Source of the DNA: Eledone cirrhosa
Taxonomy: Eukaryota
Assembly (NCBI GenBank): GCA_964016885.1
Contig: OZ024742.1
Span: 118,358,001 to 118,422,000 of the forward strand
Direction of reading: 5' to 3'
DNA: 64,000 nt
Both the position numbers and the translations under genes were made by a program. The notes below the pieces were generated by a model. The model made no database searches and was not told where the DNA came from. It saw only the letters and a list, made by a program, of their open reading frames with translations. Positions 39,463 through 52,750 of this stretch are shown here, piece after piece. Within the stretch, counting starts at the first letter, position 1. Each line of letters starts with the position of its first letter.

Positions 39463-42400
39463 TCTTTATTTGCCACAGGGGCGTACAAAAATGGGACATT
39501 ATAAGACGTGACGGCGAGGGTTTTACATAAAAATAACTTTAACATTAATAAATAACAATAAACTATATATAATAAAATAACAATTGAAATCCCCAATAGG
39601 AGGAAACGTTACTGCAGGGTTGTTTTACACCCCGTGGATAGAACAACCCTCAACACCAGGAACACGTTTTGTGTGTGTTCCTGTCTTCCCTCTGTTTATC
39701 TTCCTCAACCTACAGGTTTATATACAGAGAAGGCCCATTCACTCGGGCTATTTGTGCCACATTCACCCACCTTTCAGCGAATTTACTGAGGTGTAGCACC
39801 TCTCTCTCTCCACTCTCACCTTCCTTCTGAAGTGATACTTAAAGAAGGGGATAAGTTGTTGTCCGGAGAGAAAGGTGTTTGCCGTCAGTCCTTTTAACCT
39901 CGTCCAACATATTACCTCTTTCGCCATAGCCACCAGACAGAGGAAAACCGCCTCTCCTGCGTTCTTAAATGAAGGCGGCGGGGTGATCCTCACGATGGAC
40001 TCGGCTGACAACTGGATGCGTCCCACACGTGACAGCAGCTGTTCGACATAATTCCACAGATCGGTCACCCCTGGGCACTGAACAACTGCGTGCAGAACGG
40101 TTTCGATGTCCTGCTCGCATCTTGGACAGGTCCTTTTGGCAGGATCTCTGCCAGGGCATCCGTGCCTGTAGATTTTGTCTCGAACTGGTAGAGCTCCTCG
40201 GTAGCACTGCCAGGCCAGAGACCTCTGGAAGTTATCCATAGGAAAGTCCTCTCGAACAGACTGGTCAGTTCGTCCTCCTCGATGCCTAGAGTTTCCCCGA
40301 GAACGTCGTCGCACTTATCCTCCACTAATCCCCTATAGAATGTCGAAGTGGAGTCTCCACTGATTGCCGTTTCAGCTTGGTAGAGGGCTGTGAGCGCCTG
40401 TAGGTACTCGAGGTGCCAGGGACCCTTGTTCGGTCTTTGCTTGACTCAGGACTGCAGCTCTGTTAGTGAGACGAGTTGTGGAAGAGCTTGTCTCACAAAC
40501 GACAGCCACACCGGTTCACCGGTCAGGAATACCTGGAGATGGCGTAGCCTCAGCGAATGTTTGCGCATCATCAGCCACGGCATGCCCAGCCCTCTGCTAG
40601 AAGGGTGTTGACAGCAGATGGATCTCCTCACCAATGGAGCCTGTTTCTTCCAGAGGAACTTGAAGAGTAGGCGTTCCATTTTGGTAAGGTATTCGCGGGG
40701 GCAAGGCACGACTGTCAAGCGGTAATAGATGACGGACGCTATGTAAGTGTTCGCCACCTTCGCTTGACCTTTCAAGGAGAGTTTGCACTCAGCCCACTTC
40801 TGGGTGAGTGCAAACACCTTCGCCGTGACCTCGTTCCAGTTCTTGTCCACCTGGAGGTCTGGACCGAACCAGACCCCAAGCAATTTCACCGGTCCTTCCA
40901 TCCAGCGTCCAACAAACACTGTCGGAGGGAATGGATTTTCCTCTCCATGTGTCGAGTTGCAAACCGACAGACTTGTTTGGGTTTAGTCTTGCTCCTGTCA
41001 ACGTTTTGTATTCCTGTAATAGGTTGCCGATTACTCTGATTTCCGAGGTTTTCGACACCATTACGGTTATGTCGTCGGCATAGGCCGACGCTCCTTTCCG
41101 CAGTCCTGTTTCGATCGGGATGCCCTGCAACAGCTCCAACTTCCGCAGTAACGGCTCGAGAGTCATTACATACAGAATGGAGGGGAGAGGGCATCCCTGA
41201 CGAATGGAACGCATTATTTGGAATGGCTCTGATAGGTAGCCATTCACCTTGACTGCCGAGCAGATACTGGTGTGCATGGCAGCGATCCAGCCTCTGAAGC
41301 TGGGACCGAAGCCGGCCGCCTTGAGAACTGCTTCCAAGTATTGATGGTCGACCCTATCAAATGCCTTAGACTGATCTAAATTGATCAGAGCCCCACTGAA
41401 GCCAGGTTTACACCCTACCCTCTCTACGATGTATCGCATGAGGTGGAGGTTGTCGTGTATGGACCTGGTCGGTATTGCGCACGTTTGGGCTTCCCCTACC
41501 AGGTTCTCGACGACAAGCGCCAGCCTTGCTGCTAACACCTTGGCCAAAATCTTTAACTCAGTGTTGAGCAGAGTTATGAGCCTGAAATTGCTTATCTCAT
41601 CCCCCTTGTTCTCATCTTTCCTGATCAGCGTTACTACACCTCTGTCTGCAGAACTGGGAATCCTCCCGTTCTGCTGCCAGTTGCAGTAGACCGCTTCGAG
41701 GACGCCAGAGAACAAGTCTGGCATGCCTATGTAAAACTCATAGGGTAGACCATCTAAACCGGGTGATTTGCGTTTCCCGCAGTGGCCTAGGGCATCTTCT
41801 ATTTCGCCCGCTGTGATCGGCCTTTCGCAGCTCTCCGCATCCGTGCTCGAGAGTCGCGGTACGCCATCGAGGTAGGAGCTGAAGTCCATCACCTCGCTCG
41901 ATGTACCGCTTTGCCCGAACAGTTGTGCAAAATGCTGCTGGAAGGCCGTGCACATCTGCTTGGATTCAAGTATAATGCGTCCATCTTTGTCTTGCAAAGA
42001 CCGAATTGTGGATTTGTTGCCACTTTTCGCCTCTGCCACTCGGGCCCAGCTAACAGTTTTGGCTCCCTCGTTTCTTAGAGTGTGTTCTACTTCTGACAAT
42101 ACAACCTTCGTGTTTCACGTTGAAGAACTGGTCTAGTGCCGTTCTCGCAGCTAGCACGTCGCTGTACTGCCATTCCTAAGTGCCTCTTCTATTTTAGCTA
42201 CCAGTTCCTTTTCAGTTTTGTTTTTTTTCTAAAGCTACTTCCTTGCTAAATGCTATCGATTCTATTCTAATTGTTCTCTTGAGAGAGCTCCACCACCTGT
42301 TGTTGACGATCGCCCCCTCAATTGGCACTTAACTAAGGTGCTAATTCGTTTACTGTAGGCCTTACGCGCCGGGAGCGACATGTTTAGCTTCCAGTATCCG

Positions 42401-44243
42401 GGTCCCTGTCTATGTGTTCTATCAAGGTTGACTACGCAGGTCACTAATTTGTGGTCTGAATAAGCAACCATGTGCATTTCTGGACAGCTTAATGTTTCCT
42501 TATCATTCTATCTAATTAAAAATGTATCTAAATACGATCTAGAAGACCCAGTGCGGTTGCTCCACGTCCACGGTGGTGCACTTGGGAAGTCTAGTCGATA
42601 TCTATCAGCCAGTTGGAATTGGCTGATGAGATTTTTGAGGCTATTACACCCCCCCCCCCCCTATTATCACAAGCTCCTACACAGTCCCAACGTGCGTCTA
42701 AGATGCCATTCCAGTCCCCCGCTAACACTAAGGAGCGAGACGTTCCCAGGAATGGCTCCAGACGCTTGAAGAACTCTGGGTGCGATGTCCCAGTCGGGCA
42801 TATACGGCCACCAGTCTGAAAGCTCCACCTTCACTACCATTCACGTCCAGGACCACCAGGCTGCCCTCCGGGTCCAAGTGAATCGTCTGTATTTTGAGAT
42901 CCAAGTTTTTTCGAAACAGAACCGCAACTCGACCTCCACCTCCTGGCTGACAGAGAGATGCGTAGATCTCAAATTCATCGAACATGGGGGTTATCTGCTG
43001 CTTGTCGTGAATCCTGGACTCGGTGATGGCTATCACATCTATAAAATGTGACCTGAGATCATTTAAAAGCTGGCCCTGTTTCCAGGACATGCCCAGGCCA
43101 CGTACATTCAAACATCCAGCTTGTATAGTTGCCATGTTGGTGAAGAAGAGTTAGGGGGAGAAAAGGCAGGAACACTTACCTTTTCGTTTCCTGGAGGTCG
43201 GGTTGTTCGATCTCCATGTCCAGATTGGTGGTGTTTGGGTAGGGGGAATCCTTTAGCAGGACACGTGGGAAGTTCTCTCTCTCTGGACTCATTTGTACCA
43301 GAACCTCGATGCAGGTTCCAAACCAGTTATGCCGGTCTGTCCTGTCTACAGATAGGAGGGCTTTTGTTTTTTTCGTAGGATCTTCTTCCCATGTATGTGG
43401 GGAAGAAGATGTGTTGATCCGTTTTTATTGGGTGAACCGAGTGTTTTTGTGCCAGAGTTTCGCTCTTAAAGAGCACTGACACACTTCCATACTGTTTACC
43501 TCTCTGGAGGTATGCCACGTCTTGCTTGATATATCTTAGTGCAGCTTCAATAGTGCTTGTTGGGAGCGTTATGGGTGTTTTGGTAATGATGTCAACTGTT
43601 CTATAGATTAGTTTCTTTTTCTGTGTCATTTCTCTTACTTGCGGGGGTATGTATATGTGTGGGGTGTCTCCATCAAACGTCACATAGTTGGAAGCTTCTT
43701 CCAAATATTGGGACTTTTGAGAAATGTCCATGGAGTAGTATTTAAAATCCTGTTGCTTAGCAATGGTTGCTGCAAATGAAATTTTGTTATTGTTGTTGTT
43801 GGTGGTGATGATGGTCTCATTCGTTGTGTTTCCACTGATTCCTTTTGTTGTGTTGTTGTTGTTCTCATGTATTGTGTTGTTGTTGTTGGTTGTGGTGGTA
43901 TTAGTATTTGCTACACATACTTCCTTCTGTGTGTGGATACATGTGACGTTTGTGACGTCAGGCGTGTTCAGTTGCTTACAAGCAGCTGAAGCTTGTTCCT
44001 ATTCTAAATGTTGAAGCGATAATGTTGGCATTCCTTTGTCCATGTCTGCTACTACCTGCTGGTCAAATAGGCATGGCTTTCCCTTCCCATCTTCTTGTTT
44101 TGACAAAGAAGTAGGTGCCTTTGCTTCAACCATTTTTTTTAAATTGAGGTGTTTTGCAAAAATTTTTCGAAAATGTTTTGGATGTTTTTGCCCTGAGGGG
44201 CACGATATTTTGGGAGACTGACCAGATCAAAATTTGACCTGTC
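39463..44243 (-). mobile_element. near full-length Tx1-clade LINE (ORF1 internally deleted, ORF2 frameshifted)
   Basis: ORF2 starts at 43135 (MATIQAGCLNVRGLG) with ITESR, SDHK, AYADD; ORF1 piece at 43327-43731; (AGAT)n at both ends. Confidence 0.92.
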
Positions 44244-44277
44244 AGATAGATAGATAGATGGATGGATGAATAGATAG

Positions 44278-44344
<67 letters not shown>

Positions 44345-44494
44345 TAAAGTGGTCCTTCGTCAGTGATCTTCCAACCATCACAGGTATAACTTCGCTTTAA
44401 AGACCATATAGGTTGATACGAGCAACGGCTAAAAAAGTCGTTGGGACACGTAAATAAAGGGGACAGCGAGAGTGTAAGCAAACAAAGATGGTGA

Positions 44495-44630
44495 AGCACC
44501 TCCCCCCTATTGGGGATATCAATTGTTATTTGTTATTGTATTAATAGTTTTATTTTCATATACCTGTGTGTAAACTCTCCATTTGTATGTGTCCCCTTCT
44601 TTTGTGCTCTTGTGACTAATAAAGAAATTT
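44495..44630 (+). mobile_element. Tx1 3'UTR fragment
   Basis: CCCCCTATTGGGG..gtcccctt..ttgtgactAATAAAG then (TCTA)n. Confidence 0.75.
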
Positions 44631-44710
44631 ATCTATCTATCTATTTATCTACCTATTTAGAGAGAGAGAAAAAAGATTATTTTTTTTAAATCCTACTCCT
44701 TATTTTCCTA

Positions 44711-44892
44711 ATAATTGTTTCTACTTTTGGCACAAGGCCAGCAATTACCCAGTACATTACTGGTACTTTATTTTATCGACCCCGTAAGGATGAAAGGTAA
44801 AATTAACCTCGGCGGGATTTGAACTCAGACCGTAAAGGGACGTAACTATGCTAGAAAGCATGGCGTCCAACCCTCTACAGATACTGCCAATT
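44711..44892 (-). mobile_element. tRNA-derived SINE, full length
   Basis: Absent from the paralogous site at 45910 (cctaataatgtcgcc). Confidence 0.92.
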
Positions 44893-45037
44893 CACCAATG
44901 TCGCCAATCTTTGGCCTTGAATATCAATATTAATCTACACGGATTGCAAATAAATAACAATTAGTAAATATTATTCTCGATCTAGCTATGATAAAAATGT
45001 TCAAACGAATGTATGTCTGAACGTCTATATTTATGAA

Positions 45038-45163
<126 letters not shown>

Positions 45164-45261
45164 GAAGGAGAAGGGGAGACGGAGAGAGAGAGAGAGTATG
45201 CGCTGCTGAGACCGAGAAGAAACCGTCGCGCACGCATTCATACACTGCCCGGGCGTTACCG

Positions 45262-45830
45262 ACCTGTGGGGCTAAGTAGAACGACTATTGTCGCGAGTGG
45301 GACCAATCAGGTTGACCACCGAGTCCATTTTCGGGATCAAACCGGCACCCTCCTTCAAAAACGAAGGAGAAGCGGTTTTCCTTTGTGTGATAGCTATGGC
45401 GAAAGAGGTTGAAAGGGCTGAGGTCAGACACCTTTCTCTCCGGCCAACAACTGATTCTTTTTTTAAAATACCACTTTGGAAGAAGAACCAGGATGGAGAG
45501 AGAGGTGCTGTACCCCAGCAAGTTTTATGAAAGGTGGGTGAAAGTGGCCAGAATGGCCCGAGTGAATATTCTCTCTATATCAGCCTGTAGGTTGAGGAAA
45601 AAGAGGAAGAGAGGAAAGGGATACAAACTCTTCGTACTCCTGAGATGAGGGTTGCACATTCTTTCGGGGGTATGTGTTACCCATATGAAATATCTCCCCC
45701 TATTGAGGAAAATCGATTAACTTTTAAATTGCATTTGTGATAATATTTTACACGTTTTTATTGTATGTAAACTTCACTCTTTGTATTTGTCCCCTTCTTT
45801 TGTTCCCCTGTGGCTAATAAAGAAACATAT
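45262..45830 (+). mobile_element. Tx1 3' fragment
   Basis: SRVGPIRLTTESI..AVFLCVIAMAKE, FLSGQQLI..KFYERWVKVARM, 3'UTR and AATAAAG. Confidence 0.88.
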
Positions 45831-46055
45831 TTATCTATCTATCTATTTATCTACCTATTTAGAGAGAGAGAAAAAAGATTATTTTATTTAAATCCTACTC
45901 GTTATTTTCCTAATAATGTCGCCTATCTTTGGCCTTGAATATTAATGTTAATCTACCCGGATTGCAAATAAATAACAATTAGTAAATATTATTCTCGATC
46001 TAGCTATGATAAAATTGTTCAAACGAATGTACGTCTGAACGTCTATATTTATGAA

Positions 46056-46152
<97 letters not shown>

Positions 46153-46260
46153 TAAATGGAAAAGAAAATGCTGAAAAATTGTTCACAGTGAAAAATAGTT
46201 TAATTAGGAATAAGTGAGAATTAGTAATAGTATTGGTTAGTATTCAGTTTTGGTTTTAAG

Positions 46261-46296
46261 TTTTACCGGTTGCGCATTTCTAATGCTTTTCAAAAA
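46261..46296 (-). ncRNA. U3-A8 hammerhead motif, A13C (probably inactive)
   Basis: TTT-TTGAAAA-GCAT tagaa ATGC-GCAA-CCGG-TA-AAA. Confidence 0.6.
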
Positions 46297-46369
46297 TAAT
46301 TTTGAGATAGAGCGTCCGTGATGTTTGCTCTGATCTGATTAGTTTTGGGAATTCTACCTGTTTTTATGT

Positions 46370-46500
46370 GAAGAAAGTGGCTCCAGTGGTATTAAAATAA
46401 GTTTCGCGCCAATTCGTGTTGCAAAAATTCTTGTGGTCAAAACAATTTTGATTGGTCGGTAGAGGTCATGTGAATGTTAAAAATTGATTTTGCGCCAAAT
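46370..46500. promoter_or_regulatory. E2F-like / CCAAT / E-box cassette upstream of a hammerhead
   Basis: AAGTGGCTC, TTTCGCGCC (46402), GATTGG, GTCATGTGA (46465), TTTTGCGCC (46488). Confidence 0.5.
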
Positions 46501-46597
46501 GTAGGTTTGTGTCGGCTGATTGAGAAGTCACTGAAAAATAAGTCTTTCTGTCTCCCCCTCTCCTTCTCTCTCTCTCTATATATATATATCTATCTAT

Positions 46598-46842
46598 CTA
46601 AGGCGGGTAAAATTCCCGAGATCCATGGACGAGTTCTCTCCAGCGGTCTCTGTCCCTCATTATCGCTGCCATATCCTGCATCTCCAACAGACCAGTGTCT
46701 GTCCTTAGGGTATCAACATATGTTAACCTTGGTCTTCCTCTTCTAGTGTGTCCATGTAGGGGCTCCCAAAGGAGCACTGAGTGCAATGTCAACTCTGGAT
46801 GTCGGTGAGCATGTCCAGCCAACCTCAGTCTCCTCTGATCTG
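46598..46842 (-). mobile_element. RTE-like LINE 3' fragment
   Basis: RRLRLAGH..LLWEP..RRGRPRLTYVDTL..MRDRDRWRELV. Confidence 0.8.
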
Positions 46843-46844
46843 AT

Positions 46845-46934
<90 letters not shown>

Positions 46935-47407
46935 GCGCTGCTGAGACCGAGGAGACCACTAATCATGGGAGTACTCAATGCATGGGAAGATGCAGAGTGA
47001 GTATAGAGATAGAGATATGTAAAATCTCGACCGCAGCGACAAGCGGTTTCGGCTTGTGTTCAACAAACCTTTCGGAGAGTGTAGTAATATTTGTAGGGTG
47101 TGTAAAAACAGGTGACTAGATTTGGTAGTGATTTGGTCGAGTTTATCATATCCGGACAGGTAACAGGTCAGGAGAAGGAAGTAGCGTGAGTGGGGGTAAG
47201 GTTGTAAGTGGGTAGGAGTGGTGTAGGAGGAGAAGGGGTATAATGGTCATATGAATGGGAAACGGAGGGATGGGGGGTGTGGCTATGTATAGACCAGGCT
47301 CAGAGGCTGAAGGAGTATTTTTAAGAAAAGTATAGAATTAAAAATAAAAAGTAGGTTATTTAGAAGTAAAAGAACAAATGGTTAAGTAAATTAGTAAATA
47401 GGATAAA

Positions 47408-47622
47408 ATCATTTCTAGTATAGGCACAAGGCCAGTAATTTGGGGGGAGGGGAAAGTTGATTAAATCGATCCCAGTGCGTGACTGGTACTTTATTTTATC
47501 GCGACCCCGTAAGGATGAAAGGCAAAGCTAACCTTGGCGGGTTTTGAACTCAGAACATAACGATTCGTAACTCTATGCTGCTCGTCATATTTGCCGATGC
47601 TCTACCGATACTGCCGATCCAA
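47408..47622 (-). mobile_element. tRNA-derived SINE (long-insert subtype)
   Basis: Matches the SINE consensus. Confidence 0.88.
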
Positions 47623-47680
47623 CAAAATAAGATCTAATAAGATCAAGTAAAATTTAAGGGTTTTAAAATAGGCAAAGTGG

Positions 47681-47792
47681 ATAATTGTTTCTACTTTAGG
47701 CACAAGGCCAGCAATTACCCAGTTCATTACTGGTACTTTATTTTATCGACCCCGTAAGGATGAAAGGCAAAGTCAACCTCGGCGGGATTTGG
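47681..47792 (-). mobile_element. 5'-truncated SINE
   Basis: Matches the SINE 3' half. Confidence 0.88.
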
Positions 47793-48453
47793 GGTTGGTA
47801 ACTAGTGATAAAGTGTATGTACTATGTGTATGTATACTGCATACACAAAAGCACATATAAGTATAGTGGGGAGTTTTAGAAGGTTTTACATAGAAATACA
47901 TAAATAAATAAATCAATTATTACTTTAATGAAAGGAATGGGGGGAGGTAAAATTTAGAGTAAATAAATGAGTAGACGGATAGTAGATGAGAGAGTAAAGT
48001 ATGTACACACAAGCACAAGCACATTTATACATACACAAATACATACCTGTGTGCACATATACCTGTGTGCACACACACATGCACATTCAAATATCTACCT
48101 GTAGACATATATACACAGCCATGTACAAACACCTACATATACACACACACATATATATATATATACCTTTCGCTCATGAAATCCACCCAGCTTATGCTGA
48201 CCAGGACTACCGTGTTGCTTGTTTATTTCCTTTCTTTGGTTTGTTTGTATCCTTCTATGTCGTTCACTTGTCCCCCTCGCTTTACGCGATTACTGGTCCC
48301 AATAACGCTTTTTAGATTATTGCTCGCACCAACCTGAGGTATCTGATTTTTAATGCGATGAAATACCAATGATGGTTGGAAAATCACTGACGAAGGACTA
48401 TTTTTATCATATGTAACCCATGTGCAAACCACGCAGTATTCTTCTTTCTTCTC

Positions 48454-48524
<71 letters not shown>

Positions 48525-49048
48525 ATAGAGAAATTAATGTAAGCAAAGAGCCAACAATAATTCAGACATATAAGTGACTATAACATCAAGATGAAAAATT
48601 TTTAACATAAGATGTGGGATAAATAATTCAATCTTAATTCAATCTTAATTCAATCTTAATTCAAAACAAGTCAAGAAGAAAAATTTTATCCTCAGACTTT
48701 GTGTAAGGTGGGGAAAAAAACAATACAATCTTAACTCAAAATAAAATCAAGAAGAAATTCTTAACCGTCAATTTGGGGAAAACTACAAATGTACTATATA
48801 GTCTTAAAAGACTATTTCACGAAACTTTTCAGTGGGGTTAGTCAAAGCCAGCCATTAATCGCTTGTATACATGAAACCGACTGGCCTATCTGCTGATATG
48901 CAAATCTGGCTGATCAGTGGATCTGCTAATATGCAGATCTGACTGATCAGCCAGTCTGCTAATATGGAAATCAGGCCGATCAGTCACTATATTTTAGAAA
49001 ATATCATATATTTTCACTAGCTCTGACAGTTGGCAGGTGAGCAGTATA

Positions 49049-49093
49049 CTACACTGATGAAGGGTAATCACCCAGAAACATTAGTGTCTGCAG
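49049..49093 (+). ncRNA. type I hammerhead ribozyme with GUC site
   Basis: CTACA-CTGATGA-A-GGGT aatc ACCC-A-GAAA-CATTAGTG-TC-TGCAG. Confidence 0.8.
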
Positions 49094-49194
49094 TTCTGTT
49101 TACATGCCAACACAAGAGCAAGAATGACGGTGTCATTCTACTGACATGGCTTTAAAGAGGCTGTTTGGATAATTGCAAACGAATCGAATATTAT

Positions 49195-49372
49195 TGGCAG
49201 TATCGGTAGAGGGTCGGATGCCATGTTCTGCAGAGTTACGGTCCTTTATAGTCTGAGTTCAAATCCCGCCGAGGCTAACTTTGCCTCTCATCCTTACTGG
49301 GTCGATAAAATAAAGTACCAGTAATACACTGGGATAATTGCTGGCGTGTGCCAAAAGTAGAAACAATTATTA
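49195..49372 (+). mobile_element. tRNA-derived SINE, full length
   Basis: A and B boxes; inserted in attatt. Confidence 0.92.
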
Positions 49373-49956
49373 ATATTCGAAAAACTCAGATTACATTCAT
49401 ATATGTATATATATATATATACACATGCGCATGCACATCCATACTCAGTCTTACGTGCATACACACAGGCCCATGCATGTCCATATGGGAAGAGGAGGTG
49501 GTAAAATTGTCTGCACACGAGCGCCTACATGTATCATACACATGCGCACATATATGTACATGCCACATTCATACATTCATGAAGTCATACAAGAATTATG
49601 GAATGGAAGGTGGTAAAGCTATATGCACATATACACATGGGAAGTATAGTATGTAAACAGCAACTTACGAGGTGAGACGTGGTTGGTTAATGGTACAATG
49701 TAAGTAGTAAGTGTGTATACTAGGTGAGGGGTGTCTCTGCAGATTGGTTTTCAGAGGAAATGCGGGTGTTTGGACAGGAGTGTAGCATAGGGCTTAATCC
49801 AGGTGCAGGTCACTGCGTGGGCTTAAATGCCGAGGGGCTGGGGTCCCAGCACTTGGTAGGTGTGGATCATTAGTCTCCAGGATTATCAGTTAGTTTGAGG
49901 AATAGTTACGAGTTTTGTATGCTGTACATACATTAGGTCACTAATTCAGACTTATT

Positions 49957-50146
49957 ATTGGCAGTGTCGGTAGAGAGTCGGACGCCATGCTTTGTAGCAT
50001 AGAGTTACGCCGCTTTACGGTTTGAGTTCAAATCCCGCCGAGATTAACTTTGCCTTTCATCCTTACGGGGTCAATAAAATAAAGTACCAGTAATGCACTG
50101 GAATAATTGCTGGCCGTGTGCCAAAAGTAGAAACAATTATTTATTA
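49957..50146 (+). mobile_element. tRNA-derived SINE, full length
   Basis: A and B boxes; ttatta on both sides. Confidence 0.92.
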
Positions 50147-51124
50147 ATGTGCAAGCAACTACTGGACCGTATTATACGTAGGATTAAGACACATTCCTGC
50201 CTTAATCTCTGGATTAACTCGACTGAGCTTATTGACTGGTTTCGACAGATTAACAAAGAATGGAAGGGGTGAATGAGAAAACGGAAGACAGGGCAGCGGG
50301 ATTGGGCTAAGAGTAAGGAGGAGGTGATGTGAGGTGTTGATCAATGTAGTTGTGGACACAGTAGAGAAGAGTTAGTGAGATGGTTAATATACGGTAATGG
50401 TTAAAGAACGATATGTAATGATAGGATATAACAATGAATGGGAAGCAAGAGAAAAGGAAGAAAAGAATACGAAAAAGAGAGAAGAAAATAAAAAATAGAG
50501 GAGGGAGAAAATGTGGGAAGTAGTTGTAGGGGAAGGGATAACATTCCAAACATAAAGATAAAATAAAGTAAAATGAAAACCAAAACAAAACAATTCAGAA
50601 CAAAATAGCCAGCAATACAAATTATCTGCGCAACGAGTGACTAACAGGAACGTAAGGATACAATCCATTAAACTGTATATATGTATATATATGTGTGTAT
50701 GCATGTGTGTCTGTGTATGAGTGTGTGCGCGCGCGTGTATCTGTGTATGTGTGTGTGCGCGTGCGTGTGTGTGTGTGTGTGTGTGTCATGTGTGTGTGTC
50801 ATGTGCGTGTGTGTGGGGGGGGGGGGGTGTATAGAACAATGAAAAAAGACAAAAGTCAGAGGTAGGTAGTTAATGTGTTCATTGTTTTACGATCATTTCA
50901 GAGGGTCGATTGATCCGGGAAGATCGCTATATCGACTAGCCTGATAGAGGTTAGGCTACTACCCCTTTCTAGTCTCGAAATTCTTGTTCGACCGACCGTC
51001 TTCTACAGAAATACTAGCTGCAACCATCTTTCCAAGGACACATTGAGTTCATTGAGTTCTAACGACGCTATCAGCCCCACCACAACCTTGTGGAATACGA
51101 TGTGTGTGTATATATATATGTGTG

Positions 51125-51451
51125 TAAAAGGTAAACAGAAATAACAACACAATCGGTACATATATATTAGGTTAACGCTTGATATAGCAGGAAGAGGGTC
51201 TTAACGTTTCGGACGCTAGTCCTTCATCAGAAGAAAGAATGAGGAATAAAATAGATTAAGGGGACGGGCGGGATGGAATTGGAAAAAATGTCTTACGATA
51301 AAAAATAATAGGTCCATTCATGTTGTCATCTCTTGCAAAACTGTTGGTGCTGGCGTTTTGTGTATGATTTGTTTTTTTAGAAAAGTGGATGATGGTGCGC
51401 GCCTACCTGAAATGGAAAAAAAAAAACGTTTTGTAAAAAGTGGTATACGTG

Positions 51452-51512
<61 letters not shown>

Positions 51513-51878
51513 TATTATAGGTCCATACGAAGCTAAGAAATGTGTGTGTATATGTGTTGTAAGTACGAAGCTAAGAGCAAAGAGAAAGCGATAGGAATCT
51601 AGGGATGTGATAATGGGCGGGGTATTAGAGAAATTAGGGAGGTGAGTTGAGTCCAAGAAGGGAATAGGACCCAAAACGGTGAATCAGACTTTGTTCAGTC
51701 CTGGTGCGCGAGGCTTGTGATCCATGATTTAAAAGGACACCCAGGACTGAAACATGTAGGGAAGAATGACCAGGAGAACAGAAATGACGGGCGACAGGAA
51801 TATCCAAACCGAGTCGTATGTCCCTCAAATGTTCGGCAAAACGGTCCGCCATACGGCGCACCGTTTGTCCGATATTCA
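51125..51878 (-). mobile_element. Penelope-like element 3' end: GIY-YIG endonuclease tail plus pLTR with hammerhead
   Basis: NIGQTVRRMADRFAEHLRDIR..PVARHF..H..EQSLIHRFGS..GLN at 51634-51878; hammerhead at 51199-51234 on the same strand. Confidence 0.85.
51199..51234 (-). ncRNA. minimal type I hammerhead ribozyme
   Basis: TCTT-CTGATGA-A-GGAC tagc GTCC-GAAA-CG-TT-AAGA. Confidence 0.82.
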
Positions 51879-51897
51879 TATATATATATATATATAT

Positions 51898-51948
<51 letters not shown>

Positions 51949-52270
51949 TATAGGTATATATATTATATTAGAAAGTGAGGTTATTTTTACTAAATGAAAA
52001 AATACGAGGTGTCCTACACGAGTAAAAGTATAAGGAAAAAAAGATGAAATCGAAAATGCAACTGGAATCTTATACATATATGGATACAGACGCACAGTAG
52101 TATGTATATATATACATACATGCACACATTTCGTTTCATTTTTTCCGTTTATCGTTTTCGATGGGCCCGGCCGATTAACTCACTCAATATGCAAATTAGG
52201 CTGATCAGCCGTTAATATGCATAAGGAAAGTATATACTTTCAGACGTTCAATAATCTGGCAGGAAGGTAT

Positions 52271-52313
52271 ACGGTGCTGACGATAGCTAATAAGCTTGAA
52301 ACTAGTACATCGT
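52271..52313 (+). ncRNA. minimal type I hammerhead ribozyme
   Basis: ACGGTG-CTGACGA-t-AGCT aata AGCT-t-GAAA-CTAG-TA-CATCGT. Confidence 0.85.
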
Positions 52314-52707
52314 TCCTTTGTCAGTGTTGAACAAAAGGGCAACGATGGTTGCTAAACACTGTACGGCTTAATTCGGGATGTTTGTTTACAAACACACCGA
52401 GCATTATAATAAATGTTCGGTGAATCCATACGTACATATATATATATGTGTGCATGTATGTATGTATATATATATACATACTACTGTACATCTGTATACA
52501 TATATGTATGTACGTATACAATACTTATATTTAAGTAACAGCCGTACTAAGAGTGAGAAATGAAATTTCGTTTCATTTTTTACGTTTATCGTTTTCGGTG
52601 CGACCGGCCGATTAACTCACTCAATATGCAAATTAGGCTTATCAGCCGTTAATATGCATAAGGAAAGTATATACTTTCAGACGTTCAATCATCTGGCATG
52701 AAGGTAT

Positions 52708-52750
52708 ACGGTGCTGACGATAGCTAATAAGCTTGAAACTAGTACATCGT
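52708..52750 (+). ncRNA. minimal type I hammerhead ribozyme (identical copy)
   Basis: Same sequence as 52271-52313. Confidence 0.85.

Larger units (their letters stand above)
48870..49397 (+). repeat. octamer/hammerhead repeat, most complete copy, with a SINE insert
   Basis: Three about 33-bp ATATGCA..TGATCAG units, then a hammerhead at 49049-49093; matches the reverse complement of 15645-16030. Confidence 0.88.

Noticed and set aside
39448-39596. Hydrophobic N-terminus of the 619-aa ORF
   Set aside because: Chance in-frame fusion of the upstream element's 3'UTR to a truncated ORF2.
48380-48400. CTGACGAAGGAC (also 44352-44365, minus)
   Set aside because: No downstream GTCC-GAAA-NUH; at most a truncated hammerhead.
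48625-48665. 11-bp tandem repeats (also 10-bp repeats at 7280-7336) as CRISPR-like arrays
   Set aside because: No spacers, eukaryotic context; simple minisatellites.
50935-51000. CTGATAGA..GAAA
   Set aside because: Helices I and III cannot be closed convincingly.
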